A stretch of 60,745 nt of DNA, filler included, from Rhabdomonas costata (Eukaryota): the NCBI GenBank assembly GCA_019059605.1. It is 15 parts of 15 records of this genome, joined end to end, with 100 filler letters (N's around TTAATTAATTAA, not from the genome) between each part and the next. Parts side by side here need not be neighbours in the genome. Positions count along the whole stretch, not along the records: positions 36,583 to 40,529 come from JAHMHO010000434.1; positions 40,630 to 44,577 come from JAHMHO010000435.1; positions 44,678 to 48,621 come from JAHMHO010000436.1; positions 48,722 to 52,667 come from JAHMHO010000437.1; 11 more parts are not named here. One strand, 5' to 3'. Under the pieces are notes generated by a model. The model was not told the origin of the DNA, made no database searches, and was given only the letters and a program-made list of their open reading frames with translations. Position numbers and translations under genes: made by a program. Position 1 is the stretch's first letter; every line of letters starts with the position of its first letter. Positions 36,583-49,161 of this stretch are shown here, piece by piece.

Positions 36583-39500
36583 GACTCGGCAAACTCAAGT
36601 ATCCCATGGCGCCACTGCGACGGAGGGCTCTAAAGGTGAGTATGCACCGACCTCCACACGCCTCCGACGTACGTGTGCGCCAACTGAATAAAACGGGGCA
36701 TGGGCAGTTTGTTCTTCCTTCACAGAATTCTGCTCCTATTTTATGACACTTATTTGAGCAGCTTTTTGTGCCGCGTCCGTGCTTCGTAGGTTTCTAACCT
36801 CTACCAGAACATCGTTGACATGCACAAGAAGGAGCAACTGAGCGCGGAGGGAGGCGTGGGAGAAGAAGGAAGGTTCTTTCAGGCGATGTCCGAACGAGCT
36901 CAGTTTGTTCTGCACAACCTCCAGGCAGGAGTCAATGAGGAGGGTCTTCGTGTGGTCGCACATCGTCACCTGTCCGGTGAAGGGAAGCCTCCTATCGACT
37001 TCGAAGAGGTGGCCGTGGGTGGACTTAGCATGTCCCAAGTAAACGCCTTTGCCATGCAGTGCGCCGAAGCCAGCGAGGGAGCCGTGGAGGGGGTCGCCAC
37101 CTGTCCCGACGCCCTTGTCCTTCTGAGGATGGACAAACTGATCAGCTTTATTGGCGACCCTTCGGTAAGTCTCGAGACCTCAAAGGAGCTCCTACGCAAC
37201 CACGTCATGGCTGCCTGTAGCCGAGTCAAGGGCTGGGCACAGATTACCAAGTTACTTTCGGACTGCCGGCTTGCCATTGGGCCCGGCGTTGCCAAGGGTC
37301 CAGCCATTCAGCTTAAGGAATACCTCCTGCGTGTTTTGCTTCAGAACGGTCCTAGGCTGGCCTACAACGAGGGAGTCGAAGCCTGTGGAGGAGTAATGAG
37401 CCAGATCCTTCGGGCGAGCTTCCGTCGCTTTTTGGAGGCCGTATTGTCTCTTTTCCACAATCCACACGCACTCCTTTCGACGAAAATGCTGTGCTTGAGG
37501 GTCGTCCACGCCACGGCCGCTAGCTCCTGTGGTTCCGAAGTCCTGCTGGAGCTGAACGTTCCCTCGCTGCTGGCTACGAGCGTGTGCTCGGCCCCCAAAG
37601 TCGGAGTGTATCCTCCCGCGTGGAATCACTGCTTGGCCAGGGACAAACACGCTTTTTTGTCGGAAGATGGTCGGAGCTTTCACTCAAAGTTCGACAGTGC
37701 CAAAGGGTTCGCTCTGGTTGGTTCGAAGCCATGCACACCAGGCAACGCCGTGCAAGGTGTGTGCTACTTCGAAGTGCTGTTGAAGAGCATTGATCCGAAG
37801 AAGAGCCCGTGGGTCGGGCTTGCCAAAGAGGCAGAGGTTGAAACCGTGTCCGTGGATTCCGGCGCCAAGTTTATGCTAACCAATGTTGACGCTGGTGGTG
37901 GCGCCACAGCTCGCCTGGAGATAAGAAAGTCAGATGATGCCGGTCACTCCTGCCGGGAGTTCAGCCCTGGCTTTACTGCTGGCGACGCGGTTGGCTGTGG
38001 GATCGTGTTGGTTCCGGGGACCACACGAGGCGTGGTCTTCTTCACCCGAAATGGAGAGTTACTGGGTCCTGCTGAAACAATTGAGGATTGTGAATCCGAA
38101 AAGTGGGTGCCGACCGTGCTTCTGGTCACCACCGGTTCAAGCGTTGAGGTGAACTTTGGTCCCCAGCCCTTTTCCTTTGATTGCCGTTTTGTTGGCTCCA
38201 ATGGAAAGCTTAAGATTCCGACTGAGCCTTCGGCGCAGAGCCAAGAGGAAATGATTATCGACTTGCTTAGCTATCTCACTCTTTCCTGTTCAAGTCAGTC
38301 CCGGAAGCAGGCAGCTGGTAGCCGGATGAGGTTCTTTGCTGCTCCTGCCATAACTCGACTGATGTCTGTTTTGTGCGAGAAAGCCAAAGGAGAGATCCAA
38401 GCCGCAGTCGCCATGGGTCCCATTCCTGTGGGTAGCAGCTTAAGACTTCCTCTGCTTGAAAATCTGATGAATCTGGTGGTCTCTTTTGATTCCTCCTCTA
38501 GCTGCACCCCCGAGTTCGTCCCTCTCTTGAAAACTGCTTTTGATGCGCTTGGCAGCTCCGCGGCGAAGAACTCATTTTCCTTGCTTCAAAAGCTCTTTCA
38601 GTTCCTGTATCTTGCCGTGTGCAGGTTACCATCTCTCGTGTGCGCCAAAGGCGCTCCCCTTTGTGCGGCGGCAATCGTCAAAACTGTCCTCCCATTGGTT
38701 ACCAAGGGCTTGCCTTGGGATCTGGGCGGGCAGGGCATCTTTGGCTCTCCCGAGCTGGAGCTGTGTACACCCCAGTTGGCTTTTTTGGCCTGCCGGTTAA
38801 TTCGGGCTATACTCTGCAATGAGCCTGGTCACGGTGAGGTTTGGACAACAATAAGCCACAGCTTCCAGGCGGTATCCATGGCTGATGTTGCTTGCGTGGG
38901 TCGCGGTGGCAAGGTTCCTGGTTCCTTGGCAGATGCCATCTCCTGGGTACTGGTTCTGGGTGGATGCGATGAGACCCTAACGAGTGGGCAGATGTGCAAG
39001 CTTGCGAACCATGAGAAAGCCCTGCTGGAGACATACTTTCCTGCATCTTCGCGATGCACGGTTGTCTCGGAGTCGGGAGACCTTGTGGAGACCGGCGTGT
39101 CGGGAATAAGTACATTCCCCCAGGTCGATCTTCACGTTGCACCAACACATATTAATCAGGCCTTGGCCCTGCTTCGGCTATGTGCCGATGAGCTGAGGAG
39201 CATCCAACGAGCCGATCCGCCCCCAAGTGATGCGGTTGGATTAACCGGGGTGGACGTTCTTAAGCACAGCGGAGCAATTTTGTTACGGTTTCTGTCCAAA
39301 ATTCCACCTGCTGAAGTTTCAGATTCACTCGCTGGTATTCTAGAGGGCTGCTTGGGGTACGCAGCACTCAAAGCACCTTTCTCAGGTTCGTTTCAGGTCA
39401 TGGAAGAGAAAATTCTGATGACACATTCGCTGGCCTCTGCGTATCGGTCTTGTCCTACAGATGCTGGATTCCCCCAGGAATGGATAGTTCCAGGTGTACT

Positions 39501-40529
39501 TGAGGAAATGAGTGTCTCCTTGGATGACCAACCCCCTGGAGCTGATTATTGGGCTGTTGGTATGGAATGTCTGGTTCCCACGTGGGAGGCTCTTGAGGGC
39601 CAACCCCAGGGGCTCTCAGAGTCAATGCAACAGTACTGTGGACGGGTGGGCACTATTGGCAGCGTGAGTCCCAGAAATGGTGGCACTGCTCGGGTGAACT
39701 TTGATGATGACTGGTTTTGGTATGACACAAACCGACTGCTGCTTCCTCCTGCGCAGCGAAGAGGTAGGCCCGCCCCAGCAGTTCCAGAAGATGACGAATG
39801 GGAGGATGAGATTCGCTTGCTTGAATCTCTTCGGCAGCCTGCTAGAAAGGACTCAATCGGCGACAAGGTTCGCTTCGTCTTCGCTGACTTTACTCTGGAA
39901 TCGGATGCTCACGGCTGCGTCACGCAGAGCAAAGGGCGTAGGCTGTGCTGGGGACGGCACTTTTCCGACTCAACTTTGGTGCTTAATCGATCCGTGGATG
40001 TGAATTCAGAAAGTTTCCTCGAGCTTGTTGCCAATAGAGTGGAACATCTGAACGCGCAGTTTTGGATGGGATTAGTATCCGAAGATGACTTTGATGCTGA
40101 CCCTACTGAACCGCCACGCGGAGGCCACAAGTTCATTTCCGGGGAAACCTTCTGTCCTGGCAGTCGCCTCGCAATGCGTGTCAGCCCCCAAGGAAATGTT
40201 CAGTACCTTTTAAACGGAGCGGAAGTCCGTTCTGCCACTATTTCAACATCCGAACAGAAACTCCGGCATTTCTTCGTGGTCAGTTTTGTTGTTGGATCCG
40301 GGGCTGTTGTGCTGTCGGACTTTTGCCACACTGTCGTGTCCCTGTCCTCGTTTCACACGACCAGCGCCCCGACTGCGATTGACAATGGAGCGGCGGCATT
40401 GCCCACCTTTGACTCGAGCCGCTGCGATCCAACCATCGATGTGAGAGGAAACAAAGCCACCTTGGGTTCTAATGGGCCCAAGATCGTTTTCTTGAAGGTG
40501 CCAGTGCAGTGCAAGGCCCCCCACCAACC
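36583..40529 (+). CDS. Fragment of a very large SPRY-domain protein (possibly a giant E3 ligase); exon 36583-36635 plus a >3.7 kb exon from 36790
   Basis: About 1240 uninterrupted codons. Clear SPRY (YFEV...VGLA...FTAGDAVGCG...VFFTRNG...VNFG..PF.FD), helical solenoid segments, an SH3-like segment (MQQYCGRVGTI...ARVNF) and a second SPRY/NHR-like domain. Open at both contig ends. Confidence 0.85.
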
Positions 40530-40636
40530 NNNNNNNNNNNNNNNNNNNNNNNNNNNNNNNNNNNNNNNNNNNNTTAATTAATTAANNNNNNNNNNNNNNN
40601 NNNNNNNNNNNNNNNNNNNNNNNNNNNNNGTTGTTG

Positions 40637-40686
40637 TTTATGTACAAAATCAAGCTTCATGATGAAAACCAGGTGCTGGAATTGGT
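40637..40686 (+). repeat. 50-bp terminal direct repeat, copy 1 (copy 2 at 44514-44563)
   Basis: TTTATGTACAAAATCAAGCTTCATGATGAAAACCAGGTGCTGGAATTGGT is identical at both ends of contig 40630-44577. Confidence 0.95.
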
Positions 40687-43514
40687 GCGCAGTTATTGAG
40701 GTAGTTTATCATTTAGATGTCACTCAGGTAGTTTAGCCAGTGGACATCACTCAGAAAAAATCCCCACGTTTACTATTCTGCGCTAGAAAACTGCATTTTA
40801 TTCGCATTCTCCAAAGACTAAAGAAGTTAAATGCAACAAAATTGGAAGGTGAATACAAAAACAGGGAAAAAAACGTACACGACGTGGTGAATAAATATTA
40901 ATTTTATTGCTCGCACACATCTGGCGTTGGATTTCTTTAGACAAGTGCAGTGGTCATAGAGTGCAATCCAGGCCTTTAAAACAGGAGGCTTAATGGAATG
41001 GTGTTGAGATGATGGCATCTTAACTTGAACATAGCCATCGGCAAAGATGCACTTGTTGCTTAGATGGCTGGTTCAGTATCGTGTACATTGACAGCACATT
41101 GTAGTTTTAAACAAACTACAGAGCACAAGGCAAGAGATACACAGAGAGTGCTCACCACCACATCTACCCTCTTTCATCACGTATAACGGTTTAGACGTTT
41201 GACACAGTTAAACAGAAAAAGTGAAAGTTTTGCAAGACTCCACAATGCCACGTCCCAGTCTAATCCGTCCCTTCGGTAGCGCCACTGGCTGGCTTATGAG
41301 CTCTTCCGAATTTGCAGACATCATCCACTAAGATAATGTGTCACATCCAAACCACAATGTTCAAGATGTTAAATCTCCACATATTCTAGTTCAATTATAC
41401 CTTCTTTTCTCTTACTCTACTAAACAGTCTCAGTGAGTAAACACCACGAGTTGTGATCCACGAAACCATTGGGTCTGGCAGTGGAGTGCAGAAAACCTAG
41501 CATAAGCAGCAGAATGGTAGATGGAGCGCTACTTCCACGTACGCCATCACCTGGGGCTATATCACCAGTTGACAGCACAGAGTCAGCACAGGCATCACTC
41601 CTACTACTCGATCCACCAACACTACCGTGCTAACCTGAGCGTAGTGGTAATAAATGCAGTAGGTAGTGACATACACACGTACCATCCTCACTACTAACAG
41701 GGTGTTTATACCCATGAGTGTGGTAGGCAGTGTGCGTGCCAGTACCGAAACTGACATGGATGGCTGTATCACCTTGATCAACCTGTGGTGTGATGATCCA
41801 GCTCACACTCCACTCTAACGCATGGCGTAGTATGTGCACGTGAGCAACCTCTGCCGATCGTACACTACCTCCACCATCCTTAGGTTACAGTGGCCTTAGT
41901 GATGCGTGTGCCATCCTGCCCTCTGATGGTGCTATATGTATGTGCATCGCGAGTACAGTGACGTGCTGTGATGGTCGTGACAAGCTTGGTACCGCATCCT
42001 TGTCGAGTCATCGTTGCCATTCAGTCGCTAAGTTTGTCATTATCAAATGATTGGGTGTATAATCTATTACATCCTGTGCAGTACGGGGTTGTTTTGCTTA
42101 ACCTACTCCCATTGTTTTGTGTATCCGTGATATACCGAATGACATAGGCAATACAAAGGCGAATGCGAAACCTCCGAAGAGTGAACCGGAAGACCTAAAG
42201 CAAGAACTCCGAACACAAACACCCAACTCAGAACACAAATACAGAACCCGAAACCAAAGACCTGAACCACTAACTCAGAACACGAATACGAATAAGGAAC
42301 CCTGAAGACGAAGAGCCATTAAAAATGTATCGTAATTGGAAGCGAACTTTAAAAGCGACGCGAGAAATTGACCCACCATCCTCCATCAAAAGATGAGACC
42401 AAGAGAAGACGTGATGACCTACCCCTGCATGTGATGCATACACTGTTTCTATGAAAGTTCCATCAAAATATCAGATTCTGTGGCGGTATTAGGCTTCTTT
42501 TTTTGAGCACGCTGACCACAAACCATCACCCAACATCGTAAAAGCGTAAGAACCCATGATAGCCGAAGACATACACGCAGAAACCGGTGTTGGCCCTTCC
42601 AATTTATTCAACAACCAAGATTGCAAGCCCTAGGAACCGGACATTGTAGAGAACCTCAAACCAATAAAGCCGTCACCGCATACACCAACATCGACCCCAG
42701 CCAACAACGCACCGTAAGCACCCTCCACAACAGCAAAGCATGCCCACACCAACCCATTGCATAGTGCCATACACTATCAATGATACCCAAATCACCGTCC
42801 ACACCCTACACGTCAGCAAACTCCATACAACGAAAGAAACTGACACTCCAGAGAACTGCCATCTTGGCTCACACCACGCGGAAACGTAGACATACTGCAG
42901 AAAGAAAAGTCTACCCAAGAAGCGCGACACCCATCACGACACCAACACTAATTCACGTGCAGAACCCAAAAAGGACCTTAGAGACGCGAAGTAGAAGACC
43001 ACACAACGAATGCAGAACACCACAACGGCACCGCTACCTGTAGTCAGCAACCCAGTTCTCCTTCTCTCTAGCTCATTTGGGCCTTGGAAAAGACGAAGTC
43101 GAAGGCAACAAACGGTGTGGTGACCATCGAAATAGTGCACAGCGTACCACAGAGCACGAAGGCAAGCGTGTGAAAAACAACCACATCGCATTATTTTGCT
43201 CGTTTCTCTTCAGCTCTTGAAGTCAAGCGCAAGTACATAGACACGTCGGCGGAGGTGACGTGGCGCGGCGAAGAGGGCCTATTGAGCTAAGCAAAGTGAA
43301 GTGGATATGTACATGGTATTGGAAGGCCTCAGCGGTGCTTCGTAAACTCTTTTGACATGCAGAAGAATATTTGGCATTACTTAGGCAGTGTACCCAGAAA
43401 AAATGGTAGGTCCCGCCAGATGGGGAGGCTTCCTAACCCCATTAAACGCATCATAAAGGCTCCTATGGGTGGTGGGCATGGCTTACAAACCACTTGCAAG
43501 ACGAATACGAAGTC

Positions 43515-43670
43515 AGTATACTGGAAATAACCGTCACGAATATGTTCACACAGCTCCACAAAAAGGTCAGCGTTGCCAATATTGTTACGCCACTGGAACT
43601 CCTTCACGTACCACAAAACGTGGTCAGTAAAAACGTGGCCATGGACCACTCTAGTGCGACGGATCCTCGG
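43515..43670 (-). mobile_element. C-terminal fragment of a Merlin / IS1595 (ISXO2-like) DDE transposase
   Basis: RVVHGHVFTDHVLWYVKEFQWRNNIGNADLFVELCEHIRDGYF fits the HG....L..YL.EF.WR......F..L...I C-terminal signature. Upstream DDE motifs were not found. Confidence 0.6.
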
Positions 43671-44513
43671 TCGGGATGGTCCGGCGTAGAACTGGAGACG
43701 ACGGTAAAACATGTCGCTTGGATTCGACAACGCTTTCCCCTGACACAAGGGTCGAACGACATTCAAAGAACGCCAATATATCACAACCTAAGGATACGTA
43801 GGATGAACTTGATGGGAAAGCATCTCGAAAATGCCACTCAAGCCGCCACATAGAGAGATGCTTGGAAAGCAACGGAAACACAACACCGAGAGTAGGAAGA
43901 GAAACCATGTAGAGGACAAAAGGCATCGCTTCATGTAGCACAGCATTCACAAAGCAAATGCAAAATAAAATTAAACTTGGAATACAATGGTTGTCTTTTT
44001 TGACTAGCATGGTGAAAAGAATTACCAGAGAGCATATTTTGTACAGAGAAAATCAACACAGAGTGATTATATTACCGGAAATTCTTCCCAAAAGTTTTTC
44101 TCTGAAATTACCGTGTGCCACTTTAGAACGGTGCGCACCTTTTTGTTATGCAGAACCACTTGGACCTCCCAACTCATACAGCAAGGCGTCGGTTCGAGAT
44201 TATTCTGCAGTTAAGGAAGTTGCCGGGGTACGGTGAAAATGGAATTTCTGCTCGCCTATATCTATATCTGAAATATAATTGTTGAAAGCTGGGGACCATA
44301 GCTGGGTAAAAGCATTGTGTAACTAGCACCGAAGATCGGCATTACCACCTACGTGCCAACCATCCTGGCACAAGGTTCTAAACTTAGACTGGGCCAAATA
44401 TTCTTCTTCTGCCACATTCTGAGAGGTCCTTAATTGTTGATAATTTGTCAACTATCGGTTCATAATGGCCATTGGACATCTCAAATACGTCAAACATTGT
44501 ACACATGGGGTTA

Positions 44514-44563
44514 TTTATGTACAAAATCAAGCTTCATGATGAAAACCAGGTGCTGGAATTGGT
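44514..44563 (+). repeat. 50-bp terminal direct repeat, copy 2
   Basis: Identical to 40637-40686. The contig ends GTACATAAACAACAAC, the reverse complement of its first 16 nt. Confidence 0.95.
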
Positions 44564-45300
44564 ACATAAACAACAACNNNNNNNNNNNNNNNNNNNNNNN
44601 NNNNNNNNNNNNNNNNNNNNNTTAATTAATTAANNNNNNNNNNNNNNNNNNNNNNNNNNNNNNNNNNNNNNNNNNNNTTTGTGTGGTGGCGGCCGAAGTG
44701 TCGGCGAAGAAGGCCAGAAGCGAGAAGTGGGGAGCCCCACGGGCCGAAGCCGTCGCAAGCGCAGCAGCAGCAGCAGCAACACCCGTTCCAGCCATACCTG
44801 GAGGTCTCGTTTGTATGTGGTGTATGTGGACCCTTGCACGCCGGTTAGGAGAAAATGGGCTGAGGATTCCAACAGAAGAAGAGGGGAAGAGGCAAGTTAT
44901 TCCCAGAGCAGAGGTTGTGTGAATCCTCGTCCGAATGTGCATCGCAGCGAAAGGTATCTGGATCCCGGCCTACCGGTGGTCTGGTGTGTTGGCGGGGAGC
45001 AGGGTGGCGTTAAACAAAACAACACCCTCATACGGTCATGCAATGGTAAGTCAAGAAACACGTTTTCTACCTTCGCGGTTGGTCGTAACTGTCAGAGGGA
45101 GCTCATTTTATGCTGGGGTGAGATTGAGCAGGGTTAGATTGCCTGGAGAGTGGTTTGCCCTCCTCCCCATCCCGCAAAGACGAGACCCACCTGCAGAATA
45201 TCGTTCCCTTTGCCTCGCAGCCGCCGACGCCCTCTCTTTGGTGTTTCACTCAGTTTCGTTAGCCCGCCCATCACCTCTGTGGCTGATGTCATCTGCTTAG

Positions 45301-46450
45301 GTTTACGGATTACCCGTGACGCCGCAGCAACGGCAACAAGCTCAAGAATCGGAAAGGGCTCATCGGGAAGCCCTCACCGCCCCAGCGGTGTGTGTGTTTC
45401 AGCCAGTACCTTCTCATAAAAAGCTGTCACCGACACAGGCCTCTCTTGTCCCTTTGGCCTACGAATAACCAAAACTGTAACCATATGGCCCAAAGACCTC
45501 CTATGGCTCACTCGCAGCTCCACACAGTTTCAGCGAGGGCGGGGTGTTGTGAAGGATGCGGTTCCCGGGGCGTCATTTCCACACTGCGGCTGATGCTTTT
45601 AGGTCTCTCCTCACTTTTCGGTGGGCGGTATATGCCTTTATGGATGCCCAGCCCAGCCCTGCCCTGCCTCCTTGACTTCTTTGTCCTTCTTCAGGCCAAT
45701 GACCCGTCCTGTTGGACGACGTACGCCGAGCAGTGGGCACCTACTCAGCCGGCGGCCTCAAACCCTTTGGTCTGGGGCCATCGCCAGCCTGATCCAGTCT
45801 CATTGCCCATGCCGCTCCCATGGGTTCCCCCCAAGCCTGCCCACACGGAGTACCTCTCCCCTACAAAGCCCGACTTCAGAGTCCCTTCAGGGCACTTGGC
45901 TCACCTTGACCCCGAGAATGGAGAAGCCGTCCCGCGCACTCCGCTAGGCTTTGGAAAGGTTGCTGACCTCTCCGCTCAAACACCATCCTCGGTCGCGGAG
46001 AACGGTCGTGGGGTCGACCCCCACCCCAGCCCGGCGTCGCACAGCCTCCACCTCTCTGAGTTGCCGGATCCTGAAAGCTACCCCGAGTGGCTCACGGTGG
46101 ACTGCACCCCGGATCCTGCTGTGACATTCGCGGCGGAGCAAGGTTACCTTGGCCCCGCTTCCGTGGTGCCTGCTGCTCACGAGGAGCCCTCGCCTCCAAG
46201 CCCTCAGTTGTGCTGGGCCTGTGTTAGTGTTCGTGGCACGGACCCCGCATTGATCTCTCCGCCAGCCCCTGTGCAGTCTGAGGAGGGCACGGTCACCGTT
46301 CCGCCAACCGGAGCGGAGGCGTTGTCGCGGTCCTCGTCCTTTGTGATGGCTCCGGTTCTGGTGACCATTCCCCAGACCACGTCAGAGTTGACCGAGTTCG
46401 AGTTCCTCCCGTTTGAGGTCTACGAGGTCCCGGGGCCGGACGCCGTGTGA
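45301..46450 (+). CDS. Pro/Ser-rich unknown protein, last two exons 45301-45387 and 45695-46450
   Basis: The AG/GT-bounded 87-nt exon splices in frame to a 252-codon terminal exon ending in TGA. Low complexity, no recognised domain. Confidence 0.55.
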
Positions 46451-48016
46451 AGCAAACCCAGCCAAGCCACCGCGAAAATTGTGGTTGGCGGCTGGTGGAA
46501 GTTGGATTCTGGTGATGGGATTGGGTTTAGCAGTGGTACTGTCAAAAACAAGCGGTCGGTGAGGAGGGCACGAGTCTCAGCCTTTTTTCCCTACCTATCC
46601 ATTACTTTAGCCCCCAGATTTCTGGGCGCTCACGGCCTCTGCCTCGCTTCGCTCGGGTCAGAACTTTGCTGACCCCTCGTTTTTTTCTCTTTCGATTTTT
46701 TCCGGATCGATGTTTTTTCGGAGAAGACCCGCCTCTGGTGCTGGGGCTCTGTGTTTACGTTTACCCGTTAGTCTGTCAATAGCCGGGGAAGATGGCTCTC
46801 TGAGGCACCTTCCCGCCTTATCATACGCTTTGGTGTTGGCCAGGTTTGAGCTCACACCGCCGCTCCCTTCTCCGTGACCCTTGCAGTTGCAGCCCCCCAT
46901 TACTCTCGCCCCTCTGTATTCTTCCGAAGAGGCGCGCATTGCAGTGCCAGAAGTGATTGTATGATAGTATGGAGTTCTGATGAGGGAACCCTTGCCTTGC
47001 TCTGGCTAGTTGTATCATCCTCTACTTTTTTCTTCTTGTCTGACTGGGACTCAGGTTCACAGGTGCCTTAGCACTTTAGGCGTTGCATCTGTGTATCTGT
47101 GTGCCTTCGCCCTGTTGCAGGGGATCCTTTCGGTCGGTGCCAGTATTCAAGCTGGCAGGAGAATTGATACCCCAGAGATAGAGAGGCTAGTGATACCACA
47201 CCTGAGTGTAAGTGTGTGTATGTGAGAAGGGTGTGTGACCCTTCCCAGTATTCATTCAAAGTTTCACCACGAAACGAGACTTCGGCTGCCGTGGGTTAAA
47301 CCCGCCGAGGCAATTATGGCCCCAACCACAGAGGAAGACCTGCGGGCCAGAGTTGCCTGCAGCCCAACGCCTCATGGAGACCAGCGTGTTAAACAGTTGT
47401 ATGGATTCGAGCCGGCCTGGGTGGCTATCAGTATCCGACCCAGTGCTTACCCTTCACACTCCCAACTCAACGCGTATGTGATGGAGCAAATTGTCGGATA
47501 GCATTTTGAAGCAACCTAACAACCATGACCACAATAGCCTGGAGATCACCCATTGTAAAGTACTTGCTGTGCTGCGGCCGGTGTGCAATGATCCTGTGAT
47601 TTGGAAATTAAATGGGTACATGCCCTACTAGTCGGTTGCATATGTATGGCTTGAATAAAAAAGTGGTTGGTGGCACCGGGGTGATTTGAATTTAATTTCG
47701 AATTCCGACACCACCCTGTCCGAAAATGCCTGCATCTCATGTGGCGGGAATCCACATCGTTGCAGATTTGCAGACATCATTTTTTTACAGCGTGTCGTTG
47801 ATAGGAGGTGTTCTCTTGAAGTCAAAGTGTTGAGCCCTTTTACAGCCATGATATGGACCCCCTTTCCCTTGCCCCTTCTCCTCGTTTCGCAGCGTTTTTT
47901 CTACTGCGCATGTCCTACATATATTGTTCCCCGATCTCGTGTTACGTGATACAAAAGATCTCACCTGACTTTTCAGTTCCGATTTTGTGTCCTTGGAACG
48001 CTCTTTACTCAACATA

Positions 48017-48621
48017 ATGGCCACCGCCTCCCGCACGGCTACTCCTCCGGCGGTTGGTGGTGTTGTCAGTGGTGGTGAACTTCTCGGACGCCTTGTTCAG
48101 CTCTCCGCCGTTGAAGCGCCGGAGTACGGCGACGATCTCGACCGTGCCATTGCCAGGGCAGGCCCGGAGCTTGCGCTGGAGATTCACGCCCTCCTTCACC
48201 CCTCCACCGCCATGGCCATTGCCGCCACTTCAGGCCCCTTGACGGACGGTTTGGGCGTGCTTGGCTTTTAACCTTTCTTCTTTTTACTGTAATGCACTTT
48301 CTTAAACTTCTTTTGCACTGTAACATTAATCAAGGTGGAGGGGTGGCCTGGAGACGTTGCGTGGAAAGGCAACAAGACGTTTGTTGCCAATTACGCAAAG
48401 TGAATGGCTTTACAGATTAGTGCCCCTTCGGACTGGTACACCATGCTTCGCAGGTGGAAGCACTCTTCTGTTCTCTTTCCTGTCTTCTGTCGTCATCGCA
48501 GAAGAAGACCAGCCAGCTACTTCAGAGGAGGGTCCGCTCTTGAAGCTGTTCCTCCAGGTCCAGGCTATCGCAAGCGAAGCCGTACGCCAGCTCCACCAAC
48601 ACCCCCAACCACACCCACCAC
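48017..48621 (+). CDS. 5' part of a paralogue of the ART-domain gene at 33005-35259; exons 48017-48248 and 48502->48621
   Basis: EYGDDLDRAIARAGPELALEIHALLHPST...TD versus ECGDELDRAIARAGPELGGEIRAFLRPAT...TD, with the same phase-1 intron after TD. Then LLKLFLQVQAIASEAVRQL versus LVEAFLEVQAAAADAIYHL. Confidence 0.8.
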
Positions 48622-49161
48622 NNNNNNNNNNNNNNNNNNNNNNNNNNNNNNNNNNNNNNNNNNNNTTAATTAATTAANNNNNNNNNNNNNNNNNNNNNNN
48701 NNNNNNNNNNNNNNNNNNNNNTAATAAGGAAGAGCCGGAATCGGTCCAGAGCAGGCAGGAGGGTGGGGATTAAAAGGGAAGAGTGAGGGTGAGTGGGAGT
48801 GGGGGAGAAAAAAGAGAAGAGAAGGGAAGGGAAAGTGATGTCGCTGCTAAACCCACCCAAATTCTAGTGAGATCCAAAGCAGATGACACGGATCCACTTC
48901 AGAGATAAAACTTCGGCTAAGTCAGTGGTCGAGCTCCATTCTTGCCCATGACGGAAAAACCTGTTTAGCAAAAAGGCTACACGTGTGTATATGTGTTGGC
49001 AGAGGGGGCGTTAAATACTCGGCAGTGTTGAACACTGAACGTGAATTTCGGTGTACATTTAGAAACGTCGCTCGGCTTTGGTGGACGGTTAGATCAGCGG
49101 AGGTTTCTGGCAGAGTCCAGTCTGCGGCGCAGCCGGAGCAGGCGACTGAGTGGAAAGTTGC

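Noticed and set aside
42050..42095. Kinetoplast minicircle conserved block (CCCCGTAC on the minus strand)
   Set aside because: A single 8-mer without a correctly placed CSB-1 or GGGGTTGGTGTA; expected by chance.
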